Part shown: one piece after another, positions 41,037 to 52,995 of the stretch
Position numbering within the stretch: position 1 is the stretch's first letter
How the letters are laid out: every line of letters starts with the position of its first letter
Source of the DNA: an uncultured Solirubrobacterales bacterium
Lineage (GTDB): Bacteria > Actinomycetota > Thermoleophilia > Solirubrobacterales > Solirubrobacteraceae
DNA length: 64,000 nt
NCBI GenBank assembly: GCA_963730055.1
Contig: CAVSQG010000010.1
Location: 42,042 to 106,041, forward strand
Direction of reading: 5' to 3'
The notes under the pieces: generated by a model
Told to the model about the DNA's origin: nothing
What the model saw: the letters and a program-made list of their open reading frames with translations, nothing else
Database searches by the model: none
Program-made: the position numbers and the translations under genes

Positions 41037-41356
41037 TCACCGCCGACCAATCGACCGGTCGGAGCAAAGAACGATCGAGCGCAGCGAGCCGTCGCATGGC
41101 CGAGATCGCGCCGGGTTCGTCGCCGGCCTCGATCGCCGCCGGCGATCGACCCTTCCAGGGAACCGCGCGCCTCGTCTGGTGCTACATGGGAGCTCAGGTT
41201 GCCGAGCAACGCCGCGAGCGCGTTGAGCTGCGCGCGCACGTCGGGCGCTTCGATGCGAGCGGCCAGGTCCGAAAGCGCGCCGGCGAGCCGATCCGTGGCG
41301 ACAGGTGGCGACGCCGCTCCGGGCGCGCCCGGTGTATTTTCCGCGTCGCTGCTCAT
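41037..41356 (-). CDS. small helical hypothetical protein, possibly LvaB/DUF6285-like (frameshifted, end uncertain)
   Basis: DRLAGALSDLAARIEAPDVRAQLNALAALLGNL; adjacent to the phosphotransferase. Confidence 0.45.
41043..41062. promoter_or_regulatory. operator
   Basis: CCGACCAATCGACCGGTCGG 10 nt upstream of GTG 41033. Confidence 0.65.
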
Positions 41357-41364
41357 CTATCGCG

Positions 41365-42386
41365 ATGACCAATCTCACGCCGACCGACGAGTCCTACACC
41401 CATCAGCTCGTCGCCCCCGCGGTGGTGACGGCACACGTCGACCCCGGCTGGGCCGAGCGTTGCTACCACCTGCTCCATGTCGGCGACGGGACGATTCTTC
41501 ACGCCGGCCGCGCGCTGTACCCCCATGCACGCAGCAGAACGGGATTCGCCGGCGCCACGAACGGTGAGGTGCAGCACGTGATCCGGGTGGCCGAGCCGTT
41601 CGCGGTCGGCGAGGACCCGGACACCTCGACGGTCGGCCCGCTGCGGATCGAGGCGATCCGCCCGCTCGAGGAGATCCGGCTGGTCCTCGACCAGGCGCCG
41701 CTTCCACTCTCGTTCGACCTGACCTTCCGCTCCCGCTTCCCGCCGGTGGCGACCGCCCCGATCCGGATCGAGCAGGAGGGCCGCGTCGTCACCGAGTACA
41801 TGAACCTGTTCCAGTCCGGGCTCTACTCGGGGACGATCGTGATCGACGGTCACGAGCACTCGGTCACCGAGCGTGCCGGGTTCCGCGACCGGGGCTGGGG
41901 CCTGCGCAAGCACGAAGGAGCACCCCGCCGTGGGCTGGTCACGGCGAGCTTCTGCGAGCTTCCGGACAGCGCGCTGTACCTCCTTTTCTACGAGACCGCA
42001 TCGGGGAGGCGGGTGTTCACGAACGGCTGGTTGCTCGACGAGCGCGGTGCGGTCGATACGGTCGCGGCCGCCGAGCACGACCTGCTGTGGGACGGGACGC
42101 TGTTGACCGGCGGGACATTCGTGGTCGCCCTGCGCTCCGGCGCGCGCCGCACGGTCGAGTTCGAAGTCGCCGGTCGCATCTACCTGAGCGCGGCGGGCTA
42201 CACGCCCGACGCGACCCGTCGCCGTCCGGGCGTCGAGCGGCTGCGACGTCTCCAGGCCGGAGGTCGTGGCGGCGCTCGACGGCCAGAACGACAACGCCTG
42301 CCGCTTCCGCGTGGACGGAGTCGCAGGGCCATGGCTACGTCGAGACCGGACTTGGGGCGCACGCCCGCTACCGGCCGGTTATCTGA
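41365..42386 (+). CDS. hypothetical beta-rich protein (tocopherol cyclase/CrtC-like superfamily; frameshifts near 42245 and 42325)
   Basis: WAERCY, GPLRIEAIRPL, FDLTF, QSGLYSGTIVIDG, GFRDRGWG. Confidence 0.65.
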
Positions 42387-43406
42387 ACGCCGGAATCACA
42401 TCCCGCCCGAACCGTCGGACGCACTTCAGCTCCTCCTCGAAGCTCGGACCGACCGTGTGCCGGAAGGTCATGATCAGGTAGTCCATGTCGACCGCGTCCT
42501 GGAACTTCTTGATCTGAGCGATGCAGTCCTCCGGGGTGCCGACGATCAGCCGGTCCTTCAGGTGGTTCTCGAACTTGAAGTCATCCTCGGACTTCACGTC
42601 GGCCAGGAACGGCTCGAACTCGGCCACCCACCGGGGGATGTTCTCGAAGTAGAACCAGTGCTCGGCCCGGATCGCCGGCCACCAGACGCGCTCGACCTCC
42701 TCCATCGAGTCGGCCACCCAGCCGTCGCGCAGCAGGTTCACCCGCAGCTTCTCCGATCGTGCCCTGCTCCTCGCCGGTGGCGCGGTACAGGTCAGCCCAA
42801 TGCTTCATCACGTCGATGTTGTGGAGCGGATCGGTCGGCCACGGACAGCCGAACCGGGCGGCGCGCTTGACGCCCGGGTCCGACATCGCGCCGATCCAAA
42901 GCTCGGCGCCGATCGGGCGGGGCATCACCGGACCTTCCGCCTCGACGTTGAAGTGCTTGCCGGAGTGCTTGATGGTCTCGCCCGACCAGGCGCGTTGCAC
43001 GAGGTCGATGCACTCCTCGAAACGTGACACCTGCGTCTTCTTGTCCAGCCCGTAGAGCTTGAACTCCGGCTCGAAGTTGGCCATCCCGACCCCGATCCGG
43101 ACGCGTCCGCCCGAGATCACGTCGGCCATGGCGGCGTGCTCGGCGACGTGGATCGGATGGTCGAACGGCAGCAGGTGGATCGTGGTTCCGACTTCGACGC
43201 GCTTGGTGACGGCGGCCAGCGCCCCGAGCGCCGCCCAGGGCGAGGACGGGATACCCGTCCGGCATCATGTGGTGCTCGGGGATGAACACGCCGTCGAAGC
43301 CCGACTCCTCGATCACCTGAGCCGCTTCGAGGACCTGTTGCCACCGCTCGGCGAGATGCTCGGCGTTCGGCGGGTCCATCGGCTTGAACAGCACACCAAA
43401 CTTCAT
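42379..43406 (-). CDS. LLM oxidoreductase, close paralogue of 35539-36579 (frameshifts)
   Basis: GFDGVFIPEHH, GCPWPTDPLHN, NLLRDGWV, EHWFYF. Confidence 0.9.
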
Positions 43407-43420
43407 CCTCGGCTCCTTTT

Positions 43421-44412
43421 TCAGATGTGAGTTTCCGCACGGTCGAACTCGGCGACCGCCGGAATCAGCTGATCGACGATCAGCTCGACGTGGCGGGCGG
43501 CGAGGTCATCCGGCATGCCGGCGACGCGCTCCCAGAAGAAGACATGCTCGACGGTCGCGGAGGCATCGATCACGCGTAAGTGCTCGATCGCTTCGTCGAC
43601 GGTCACTACACGCACCGGTGGCTTCGCGCCGCCCTCGATCGAGTCGAACACGCCGGGCAGTGTCGGCGGGCGGACCATGCCATCGCGTCCCTCCCGTGCG
43701 TACTCGTCGTAGGTACGCCACCCATACTCGGCGTGCGGCCTGATCGCCGCCCAGGCGCGCTCGGGGTCGTCGGCGAGCACGAGCGTCAGCGGTCCCGCGG
43801 CTCGCGCGATCCGGCGGTCGTGGCCGGCCTCCTCGAGCGCGTCGCAGTACACCGTCCAGGCTTCCGGGTTCAGCGAAAGCAGCCCGGCGCCGAGCCTTCC
43901 GGCGATCCGCCCAGCGCGATTCTTGTGTCCGCCGATCCAGAGCGGGACCGGATTCTGAATCGGTCGCGGCGTCACGCGGCCGCCGGCCAGCAGCTCCTGA
44001 ACGCCGCGGCCGCGATCTTCGAGGTCGCGCGAAGCGCTCGCTCCGGCAGAGCTCCGAAGGCGTCGAACTCGGGCAGCCGATAGCCGCTCCCGAGCCCGAG
44101 CTCGAGCCGCCCTCCGCTGACCACGTCGGCGACCGCCGCCTCCTCGGCGATCTCCACGGCCGACCGCAGCGGCGCGATCAGAACCGCCGTGCCGATCCGG
44201 GCCCGCTTCGTCCGCGCGGCCAGCGCCGCCGCGAACACGAGCGGCTGGGGCAGATAGCCGTCTTCGAAGAAGTGGTGCTCGGACAGCCACAGCGATGCGA
44301 TCCCGTCGGCGTCCGCCTGCTCGGCGGTTTCGAGCGCTCGTGCGTACACCGCGCCCCAGCCCCGCCGCCACGGGGGCGGATCTCGCAGATCGAAGTAAAG
44401 GCCGAGCTTCAA
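43421..44412 (-). CDS. LLM oxidoreductase (frameshifts near 44030)
   Basis: KLGLYFDLR, WLSEHHFFEDGYLPQP, DVVSGGRLELGLG; TTGA overlap. Confidence 0.9.
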
Positions 44413-46713
44413 GCCTGACCCGGCCGGAGATCCCACTGCGGCGGCGCGCCGTCGACCACGATCTCGGTCTGCAACAGCCGGCCCGTCGTGGGGCAGACGA
44501 TCTGCCGGAACGCCACTTCCTGGTCGACGTACAGCGCCGGGTCCTGGAGCTCGGGGTTCCCCTCGGTGAGCGGGAGGTCGCGAACCAGGGCGCCGAGCTT
44601 GTAGTTGCCGCCGGCCGACCCGAGCTCGACCTCACCCGCGAAGTACCGCCCGTCCTTGATCGTGACGTACTCCGAGACCTGCCCGTCGGGCGGCCGCCTG
44701 CTGTCGCTTGGCTCCCCGGCGTCGCCCTCCCACCGTCGAGCGCCGGCCAGTCGCTCGCTCACGATCTCCGCCCGGCGCTGCTCGGTCGCGGCCTGATCGA
44801 CGGCGAGCGAATCGCCCTCGCCCGCGATCACCACGCCGTAGGCCTTGGCGGCCCAGTCGCGGGTCACCCGCCCCGCGCGCACGTCCTCGAGCACCGCGCC
44901 GGGTCACGCTCCACCGGGTCGCCGTACCCGCCGGCGCCGGCCCAGCTGAAGATCCACATGTCCTGCGCCTCGGTGAACTTGCCGAACGACTTTGCGGCCA
45001 CCCACTCGGTGCTCGCCCTCGAGCTCGTCGGGATCCAGCGGCGTCCGGCCCGTGCGTGCCATGAACTCGTCGCGTCCGGGCGCCCTTGATCAGCCGGTAG
45101 GAGTTCGTCGACGTCGGATACCCGCCGAACAGGCCGGGACCCGGCACCGCGACCTCCGCCGCCACCGTGACCCAGTCGATCCGGTCGGTCTTGTGGGGGA
45201 TGATCGCGTTCTCGCATCCGTTCCCGCCCCGGAACTTGCCCGCGCCGCCCGGAGTTGGCCACCTCACGGCGCCAGACGTACAGCACCGGGTAGAACAGCT
45301 CGTTGTCCTCGACGTTCGGGATCGTCGACTGCAGGTCCCACGGCCAGCCGCCGGTGTCCTGACCGTCGCGCCACGGGAGCGCGGCCAGGGCCGCGCCGAC
45401 CGGGTCGTTGAGGAACGACGCGTACTGGTTGCCGCGCTGGTCGAGCCCGGCGATCGCGCTGATCGGGTAACCGAGGACGCCCATGCAGCTCATGACCTCC
45501 TCGCGCAGACGGGGGTCCTCGGATGAGAACAGCATCTTCGAGATCGCGAGCCCGCGACATGCCGATCGAATGGAGCAGCGTCGTCGGCGGGCCCGCCGGA
45601 GACGGCGGCCGGGCGCGTCGCGCAGCTGATCGTCGACGGCTCGACCTCGAACTCGCAGTGACGCATCGCGCCTTCGAGCGCGAACATCTGATCGAACAGC
45701 ATGGTCGAGGCGAGCATGCTTATCACCGCGCCCTTCCAGGCGGCCAGGCACGCGTTGAGCGCTCCCTGCTGCGGAGCCGAGCCGGCGTTGGAGAAGATCA
45801 GCTTGTCGCCCTTCTTGGTCAGCACGACGCGGTTGCGATACAGGCCGCGGTCGCCGGGCAGCTTCACCTCCATCCAGCCCTCTTCGGTCCACGTCCCGTC
45901 GGGGATGCTCTCCAGCCGGCGGGCGAAGGCGGCGGCGGAGTCGTCCTGGACCTTGCGCATCGTCGCCTTGACGGTCGAGGCCCCGTAGCGGTCGACGAGG
46001 CTGAGGATCCGGTCGCGGGCGATGTTGCACCCGGTGATCTGCGAGCGCAGATCGAGCGCGACCAGGTCCGGGAGCCGGGAGTTGCGCACGTACAGCTCCT
46101 CGACGTCGCGCGCGGATCTGCCCGTCCTCGACCACCTTGATCGGCGGGAAGCACGGGACCTCCCAGTACACGTCCTCCGCCATCGGGTTGAAGCCGCCGG
46201 GAGCGGTGCCGCCGAGATCCCACTGGTGCATCACGTTCGCGACCCAGCAGTACAGACGCCCGTCCACGAACACCGGGCACGCGACGATCGACGTCCGACT
46301 GGTGCGTGGTCCCGATCCACGGGTCGTTGGTGAGGAACATGTCGCCGTCGTGAATCCCGGGAGACTCGGAGCGGCGCTCGAGCATCCACTGGATCGCCGT
46401 CGCGCTGCTGACGGCGAGATACAGGTTGTACTTGCCGAAGAACACGTAGCCGCCCGCGCTCGTCGAGAATCGCCGGGTTGAAGTCGTGCCCGTAGGCGCA
46501 GATCGGCGACCCGGAGGTCCGGATGATCGACTGGCCGTGCTCGACGTTGACGTTCCAGAGCGCGTGGCGGAGGACCTCGTGCGTGACCGGGTCGGTCGTG
46601 TCGTCGGTCTCGGTATGGAGCTTCAGCGACGGATGAATCGAGAGTTCGGCGGGCGGGACGTAGGGATAGACGTCGCCGTCCCACTTGATCTCGGGTGCGT
46701 CAGAGGGCGGCAT
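44409..46713 (-). CDS. hydantoinase B/oxoprolinase protein with C-terminal acetone carboxylase gamma-like segment (many frameshifts)
   Basis: DPVTHEVLRHAL, FLTNDPWIGTTHQSD, HQWDLGG, GGAGKFRGG, GAGGYGDP, IVCPTTGRLL. Confidence 0.88.
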
Positions 46714-46744
46714 GCGAGCTCCTTGACGAGGGGATGGACACTGC

Positions 46745-48886
46745 CTACGCGGTCACGGCCGCGGAAGACCTGGCGGCCGGACGCGGCTGCCGGCAGGCTG
46801 CCGACGTCGATGACGACGTTCCCGAGCGCGTCGAGGCCCGCCGACGCGCCCGGGGGCAAGCACGACGGTCGTGTCCGGGTAGTCGATGATCGCCGGGCCA
46901 TCGATCGCGGCTCCGGGCGACAACGCCGGTCCGTCGTACACCGCGGTCGGGCGGAACTCGCCGAACTCACGCCAGTAGACGTCGCGGCTGACCGGCCGGC
47001 GCGGTCGGACGCGGCTCGAGCTCCGGCGGAGCGGGCGTCCGGACCTTACCGCGGGCCAGCAGCTTGAACAGACCGATCTGCGTGCCCGCCCCGGGGAAGG
47101 CCGACCCCCGCGCCGTAGATCTCTTCGTAGCGCTCGATGAACCGCTCGACCTGGGCCGCTGCGTCCTCCTCGGTGAGCTCCCCGGACGGCACCGGGACCT
47201 CGACCTGATGGATCTGGAGCGAGAACTTCATCTCCGCGATCCGGCTGAGCTCGATGTCCGCATCGTCGAACCCCTCCCTGCGCAGCTGCTCGATCGCGCG
47301 GTGCTCGAGCGCCGCGTAGATCTCGTTCATCCGGTCGGGCGAGAACGGGCTCATCAGCAGCTCGGAGTGCTCGTAGACGTGCAGCACGTCCGAGGACATG
47401 ACCCCGAGCGCCGACCACGTCGAGGCCAGGTCGCCGAGCGGCACGACGACCTGTCCGGCTCCGAGCTCGCGAGCGAACGCCACGGCGTGCGCGGCCCCGG
47501 CGCCACCGAACGAGTAGACGACGAAGTCCCGCGGATCCCGTCCACGCTCGACCGTCATCTGGCGCATCAGATCGGCCATGTGCGACTCGACGATCCGCAG
47601 CGCGCCGTCGGCGGCGGCGATCGGATCCATGCCGAGCCGGCCGCTGACCTGCTCGACCGCTCGGTGGGCGGCCTCGCGGTCGAGCTTCAGCTCGCCGCCG
47701 AGGAAGTTCTCGGCGTTGTAGCGGCCGAGCACCGCGTCGCAGTCGGTCACCGTCGGCTCGGTGCCGCCGCGCCCGTAGCAGACCGGCCCCGGCACGGCTC
47801 CGGCGCTGTGCGGCCCGACTCTCAGCGTGCCCGTATGCTCGTCGACCCACACGAGCGAGCCCCCGCCCGAGCCGATCGACTCGATGTCGAGCCGGGGCAT
47901 GAAGAACGTGTACTGGTTGATGATCGTCTCTGACGAGGCGATCGGCTCCCCGTCGACGATGATCCCGACGTCGAACGAGGTCCCGCCCATGTCGGCCGCG
48001 ATCACGTTGCGGTGCCCGAGCAGACCCGCCAGGTACGCCGCGCCCGCGACGCCACCGACCGGTCCGGAGGCGATCGTGAACAGCGGGTGCCGCGCAGCCT
48101 CGTCGGCCGGAACGACGCCACCGGCAGCCTGCATGATCAGCAGCGGGTTGCGGTAGCCCCGGTCCTTGGTCGCCTGATCGACCTCGCGGATGTAGCTCGA
48201 CGTGGTCGGCCCGATGAAGGCGTTGATCGCGGCGGCGGCGGTGCGCTCGTATTCGCCGTGCTTGGCGATCAGCTCGTGCGCGCAGCTGACGAGCACGTCC
48301 GGCGCCAGCTCGTGGACGAGCTCCTTCACGCGCAGCTCGTGGGCGGTGTTGACGAATCCCCACAGGAAGCTGACGGCGATCGCCTCGACGCCCTGTTCGA
48401 CGAGCTCCGCGATCGCCTGCCTGGCCTCGTCCTCGTTCAGCTCCAGCAGTACGTCGCCCGCCCAGTCGACGCGCTCTGAGACCTCCTTGATCCGGTCGCG
48501 AGGCACGATCGGGTCGGGCTTGCGGTGGTGGGAGACGTGCAGCAGCTCATCGATCGTGAGGCCGGCGGAGCGGCCGGCCGAGCGCATGATGATCAGCGCG
48601 TCGCCGTGGCCCTTGGTGGTGATCAGGCCGGTGCGCGCGCCCTTCATCTGCACGAGCGCGTTGGTGCCGACGGTCGTCCCGTGCAACAGCAGATCCGTCT
48701 GTCCGAGGAAGTCCTCGAGCGTCGATGCCGAGCCGTCCGGCGACCGCCTCGATGCGCATTCAGAAAGCCGTCGGAGAACCTCGGTGGCGTCGATGACACC
48801 TTCGCCAGCGTGATCTGCCCGCGGTCGTCGAGGACCACGCAATCGGTGAACGTGCCGCCGATGTCGATGCCGCAGAAGTAGCCCAT
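46745..48886 (-). CDS. hydantoinase A/oxoprolinase protein (frameshifts, 3' end approximate)
   Basis: GIDIGGTFTD, HGTTVGTN, SGPVGG, DMGGTSFD, GSGGGS, PGPVCYGRGG. Confidence 0.92.
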
Positions 48887-48912
48887 CGCCCTCTCCACAA
48901 CCGTCACTCGCA

Positions 48913-48932
48913 GCGACCGACCGATTGGTCGA
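48913..48932. promoter_or_regulatory. operator
   Basis: reverse complement TCGACCAATCGGTCGGTCGC upstream of hydantoinase A. Confidence 0.8.
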
Positions 48933-48955
48933 TTCGCGAAGTATAGGTCACGGCA

Positions 48956-49673
48956 CTACGCCAGCATCCCGCCGCCGTCGGCATCGATGACCGTGCCGCT
49001 GAGGAAGCCGTTCGTCATGCACATGAGGAACACCTCGGCGATCTCGGGCGGCTGGCCGACCCGGCCAACCGTGGTCTGGCCGGCGGCCGCAAGCAGGCGC
49101 TTCTCGCGGACGTCGGCGGGCATGAAGTCGAACACCGGGGTCTGTACCGTGCCCGGGCGCCACCACGTTCACGCGCAGCGGCGCCAACTCGAGCGCGAGC
49201 GCTCGGGCCATCCCCTCGACCGCCATGTTGACCACGGTGAACGCCTCCGTTCCTCGCGCCGGTCGGCGGCTGCGGATCCCCGAGGTGAACGTGATCGAGC
49301 CGTGCTGCGCGAGGATCGGCGCGGCCGCCCTGGCGCAGCGATACTGGCCCCAGAACTTCGACTCCATCAGCCCGCGGACGTCCTCCTCCGGCGCTCGGAA
49401 CAAGCCGGCCGGAAAGCCGCTCGCGGCCGTGCAGACGAGATGGTGAAGCGAGCCGACTTGCTCGAAGAAGTCGTTGACCGACGCGTCGTCGGTCACGTCG
49501 ATCGCAATCGCGGTGGCGCCGCCGACCGTCGAGCCGGCCCGCGACGGGTTGCGGCTACAGACGAACACCTCGGCTCCGTCCGCCGCCGCGGCCTGCGCGA
49601 CCGACAGGCCGATCCCCGACGAGCCGCCGACGACGGCCACGCGCTGGCCCGCCAGCGAGGTTCCGTTGGCCAT
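48956..49673 (-). CDS. SDR family oxidoreductase (frameshift near 49150)
   Basis: VGGSSGIG, SKFWGQY, LALELAPLRVNVVAPG. Confidence 0.88.
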
Positions 49674-49689
49674 CACTGACCCCGAGCGA

Positions 49690-50184
49690 TCAGGCGGTCG
49701 CGACGGGCACGCGCTCGAGTCGACCGGGATGGCCGGGGTACCAGTCGCGCGGAATGTCCGGGCGATTGGGAACGGCGTCCAGACCCCAGAGCACGTGCTC
49801 GGTGATCTGCCAACGTCCGTCGATCCGCTCGAACTTGTCCTTCATCCGGGCGATCAGGTGCCACGGCTCGCCGGTGTTGCGCATCCGGTGGTAGGCGTAC
49901 ACGTAGGCGAGCCCCTCCGCGTGGTCGCCGTCGATCTGCGTGCTCACGTTGCTCAGGTGGTGGCTGGTCCGCTCGTACTGGTCGAGCACCCGGCCGAGCG
50001 AGCGGGCGAACCGCTCGCGTCCGTGCTTGCGCTTGCCGATCATGATCTCGAACTCGACGTCCTCGGCGAAGCACATCGAGGCGCCGTCCGGATCGTTGGC
50101 ATCGACCCGATCGAAGTAGCGCACGAACACCTGCTCGATCTCGCGCGCGTCGAGGAGCTCCTGCAGCGCTCCGTTCTCAGCCAT
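49690..50184 (-). CDS. SnoaL/NTF2-like protein
   Basis: RYFDRVD, TSHHLSN, YVYAYH, DGRWQI; RBS GAGGAG. Confidence 0.88.
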   Translation of the reverse strand: MAENGALQELLDAREIEQVFVRYFDRVDANDPDGASMCFAEDVEFEIMIGKRKHGRERFARSLGRVLDQYERTSHHLSNVSTQIDGDHAEGLAYVYAYHRMRNTGEPWHLIARMKDKFERIDGRWQITEHVLWGLDAVPNRPDIPRDWYPGHPGRLERVPVATA

Positions 50185-50229
50185 CAGACCACTCTCCTCT
50201 GTCGGACCGAAACTCGGGGGCGGCATCAT

Positions 50230-50249
50230 ATCACCAATCGTTTGTTTGA
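50230..50249. promoter_or_regulatory. operator
   Basis: ATCACCAATCGTTTGTTTGA. Confidence 0.7.
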
Positions 50250-50295
50250 ATTTGATCCCGGGCCGCCGGGATGACCGGGTTGCGAACGGCGCCGC

Positions 50296-51073
50296 TCAGG
50301 TGGTCAGCCCCGCGTCTACCACGAGGTTCTGCCCGGTCATCGCGCTCGCGTCGTCGGTGAGAGGAAGGCAGCGGCCCTCGCCAACTCGGCGGCGGTGCAC
50401 GGCCGTCGGAGCGCCGACATGCCCTCGAGCAGCGGCACCATCTCCTCCTCGGAGTACCCCATCTCGCGCGCGATCCCCGGCATCGCCGAATGGAAGATCG
50501 CCGTGTCGGGATTGGCTCCCGGAGTGAGCACGTTGACGCGCACGCCCTCCGGCCCCACCTCCGCGGCGAGCGTCCGCGCGTAGCCGAGCAGCGCCGACTT
50601 GGTCGCCGCGTACGGAGCGGCCAGCGGAAACCCGCGCAGAACGCCGGCGCTCGCGACCAGGACGATCGAATCCGTGGCCCCGGGGCAACATCTGGCGGAG
50701 CGCGGCCCGCGTGCACAGGAACGTCGAGCGGAGGTTCGTCCGCATCACCATGTCCCACTCGTCGGTGGACATCTCGCTCAGCCGCATCGGCGTGCCGTGG
50801 GTGGCGGCCGCGTGCAGGACGGCCTCGCATCCGCCGAAGCGCTCCTCGGCGGCGTCGAACACGCCCTCGATGTGCTGCTCGTCGCTGGCGTCGCCGACGA
50901 CCGTGACCGCCTCGGACTGCCGGCAGCCGCGCACCCGCTCAGCGGTGGCTTCGAGCGTCTGCAGCCGTGCGCCCGGTCAGCACCAGCGGATACCCGCGCT
51001 CGGCCAGCAGGGCCGCGGTGGCGCTGCCGAGACCGCCTCCCGCGCCGGTGATGACTACGGCAGCGTGATCCAT
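50296..51073 (-). CDS. SDR family oxidoreductase (several frameshifts)
   Basis: ITGAGGGLG, YAATKS, GVRVNVLTPG, MTGQNLVVDAG. Confidence 0.85.
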
Positions 51074-51109
51074 CTCTGTCCTCCGTGTGTCCGGGGTGTA
51101 TTTAGGGGG

Positions 51110-51431
51110 CTAGGCCTGGGGCACCTCCCGCGGGTCCACGTGATAGGTGGCCACGCGGGAGACGAACGAGGCCGCGTCGTCGTGCGCCGCCTGCATCTCG
51201 GCGGCTCGAATCGGCGCGGTGGTAGTCGTCCTTGCTGTCGAAGTCGAGGATCGAGATCGCGTCCGCCTCCGGCCCGAGCAGGTTCACCGAGCCGCGTCAC
51301 CAGGCACTGCGTGTAGCGGAGCACGCCCGGAGAGCGCGCGGACGAGCGGTCCGTGCCGCCGGTAGCGCTCGGCGAACTGCTCGTGGGTCAGCTCCGGCAG
51401 CACGGTGGATCTCGAAGAGGACGCGGAACAC
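51110..51431 (-). CDS. EthD-like dimeric alpha/beta barrel protein (frameshifted)
   Basis: LTHEQFAERYRRHGPLV, RYTQ, DAISILDFDS, AHDDAASF across frames. Confidence 0.7.
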
Positions 51432-51447
51432 GGTGCGAGCGAACGAG

Positions 51448-52995
51448 CTACACCGCGTAGCAGAGCTCGAGGATCGCCGCCTCGGAGATCGCGTCGCCGT
51501 CGAGCTCGCCCACGCACCGGCCCTCGCGCATGACCAGGACCCGGTGGCAGAGGCCGACGACCTCCTCGAGCTCCGAGGAGATCACGATCACCCCGGCGCC
51601 GCCTTGCGCCAGCTTGGCGATCCGCGCGTAGATCTCCTGCTTGGCGCCGACGTCAACTCCGGCCGTCGGCTCGTCGAACATGAATACGCGGGAGTTGCTC
51701 ATGTCCCACTTCGCGATCAGCGTCTTCTGCTGGTTGCCGCCGGAGAGGAACTTGAGCGGTCGCTGGACGCTAGGGGTATTCACGTTGAACTGGCCGATGC
51801 TCTCGCGGACCGCCCGGGCTTCAACTCGATCGTAGATCATCCCGGTGCCGCGCATGGCGAAGCGGCGCAAGACGGGGAGCGACACGTTGGCGGCGATCGA
51901 CATGTTCACGATCGCGCCCTGCCCGCGCCGGTCTTCGGGCAGCAGCGAGAGGCCGTAGGCGGACCGCGTGCCGGGGATGCTTGAGCTTCACCGGCCGGCC
52001 GTCGACCTCGATCTCGCCTGCTTCGCGCGGGTCCGCGCCGAACACCATCCGCACGATCTCGCTGCGGCCCGAGCCCGACGAGCCCGGCCAGGCCGAGGAT
52101 CTCGCCCGGACGCAGGTCGAAGCGAGATGTCACGAACGAATCCACCCGAGATGTTGCGAACGCTGAGCACCGGGTCTCCGGAGCCGGGCTCGCGCCGTTC
52201 CGGGAACTGCTCCCCGTAGGTGCGCCCGATGATCCGCTCGATCAGCCGGGGCTTGGTCACGTCCGCGGTGTCGTCGGTGGACGATCACCCGGCCGTCCTT
52301 CATCACGGTCACGCGATCGGTGAGCTCCAGCACCTCGTCCAATCGATGCGAGACGTAGATGACCGTCACGTTGTTCACTCGCAGCTCCCGGACCACGTTC
52401 TTGAGCGCCTCGACCTCGACCTCGCTCAAGGACACGGTCGGCTCGTCCATGATCACCAGGCTGGCATTGCGCGCCAGCGCGCGAGCGATCATCACCAGCC
52501 GCTGCTCGGCCGGCGACAGCGTCGCGCACTTGCGGCGCAGGTCGGCCTCGAGGTGAACCGTCGAGGCGATCTCCCGCGCTCTTCGGTTGACCTCGCGCCA
52601 GCGGACCCGGCCCAGCTGGGACGGGTAGATCCCCATCATGATGTTCTCCGCCGCGGTGAGCCCGAACGCCAGGTCGAGCTCCTGCGGGAATCAGCTCGAT
52701 CCCGCGCTTGACCGCCTCGGGCGGCCCCTTGAAGGCCACCGGCTCGCCCTTCCAGAGCAGCTCGCCCTCATCGGTCGAGTAGACACCGGAGACGATCTTC
52801 AGCAGCGTCGACTTCCCGGCTCCGTTCTCGCCGACGAGGCCGTGGACCTCGCCCGCTCGGACGCTCACGCTGACGTCGTCGAGCGCGACCACGCCGGGGA
52901 AGCGCTTGCACAGTCCTCGTGCCTCCAGCAGCACGGTGCCCGGCTCGGAGACCGCGGCCGCCTCCGCCGGGCGGCTCCGCCGCCGGGAGGCTCAT
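51448..52995 (-). CDS. sugar ABC transporter ATP-binding protein, RbsA-like (frameshifts)
   Basis: [42 protein letters not shown]. Confidence 0.92.
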
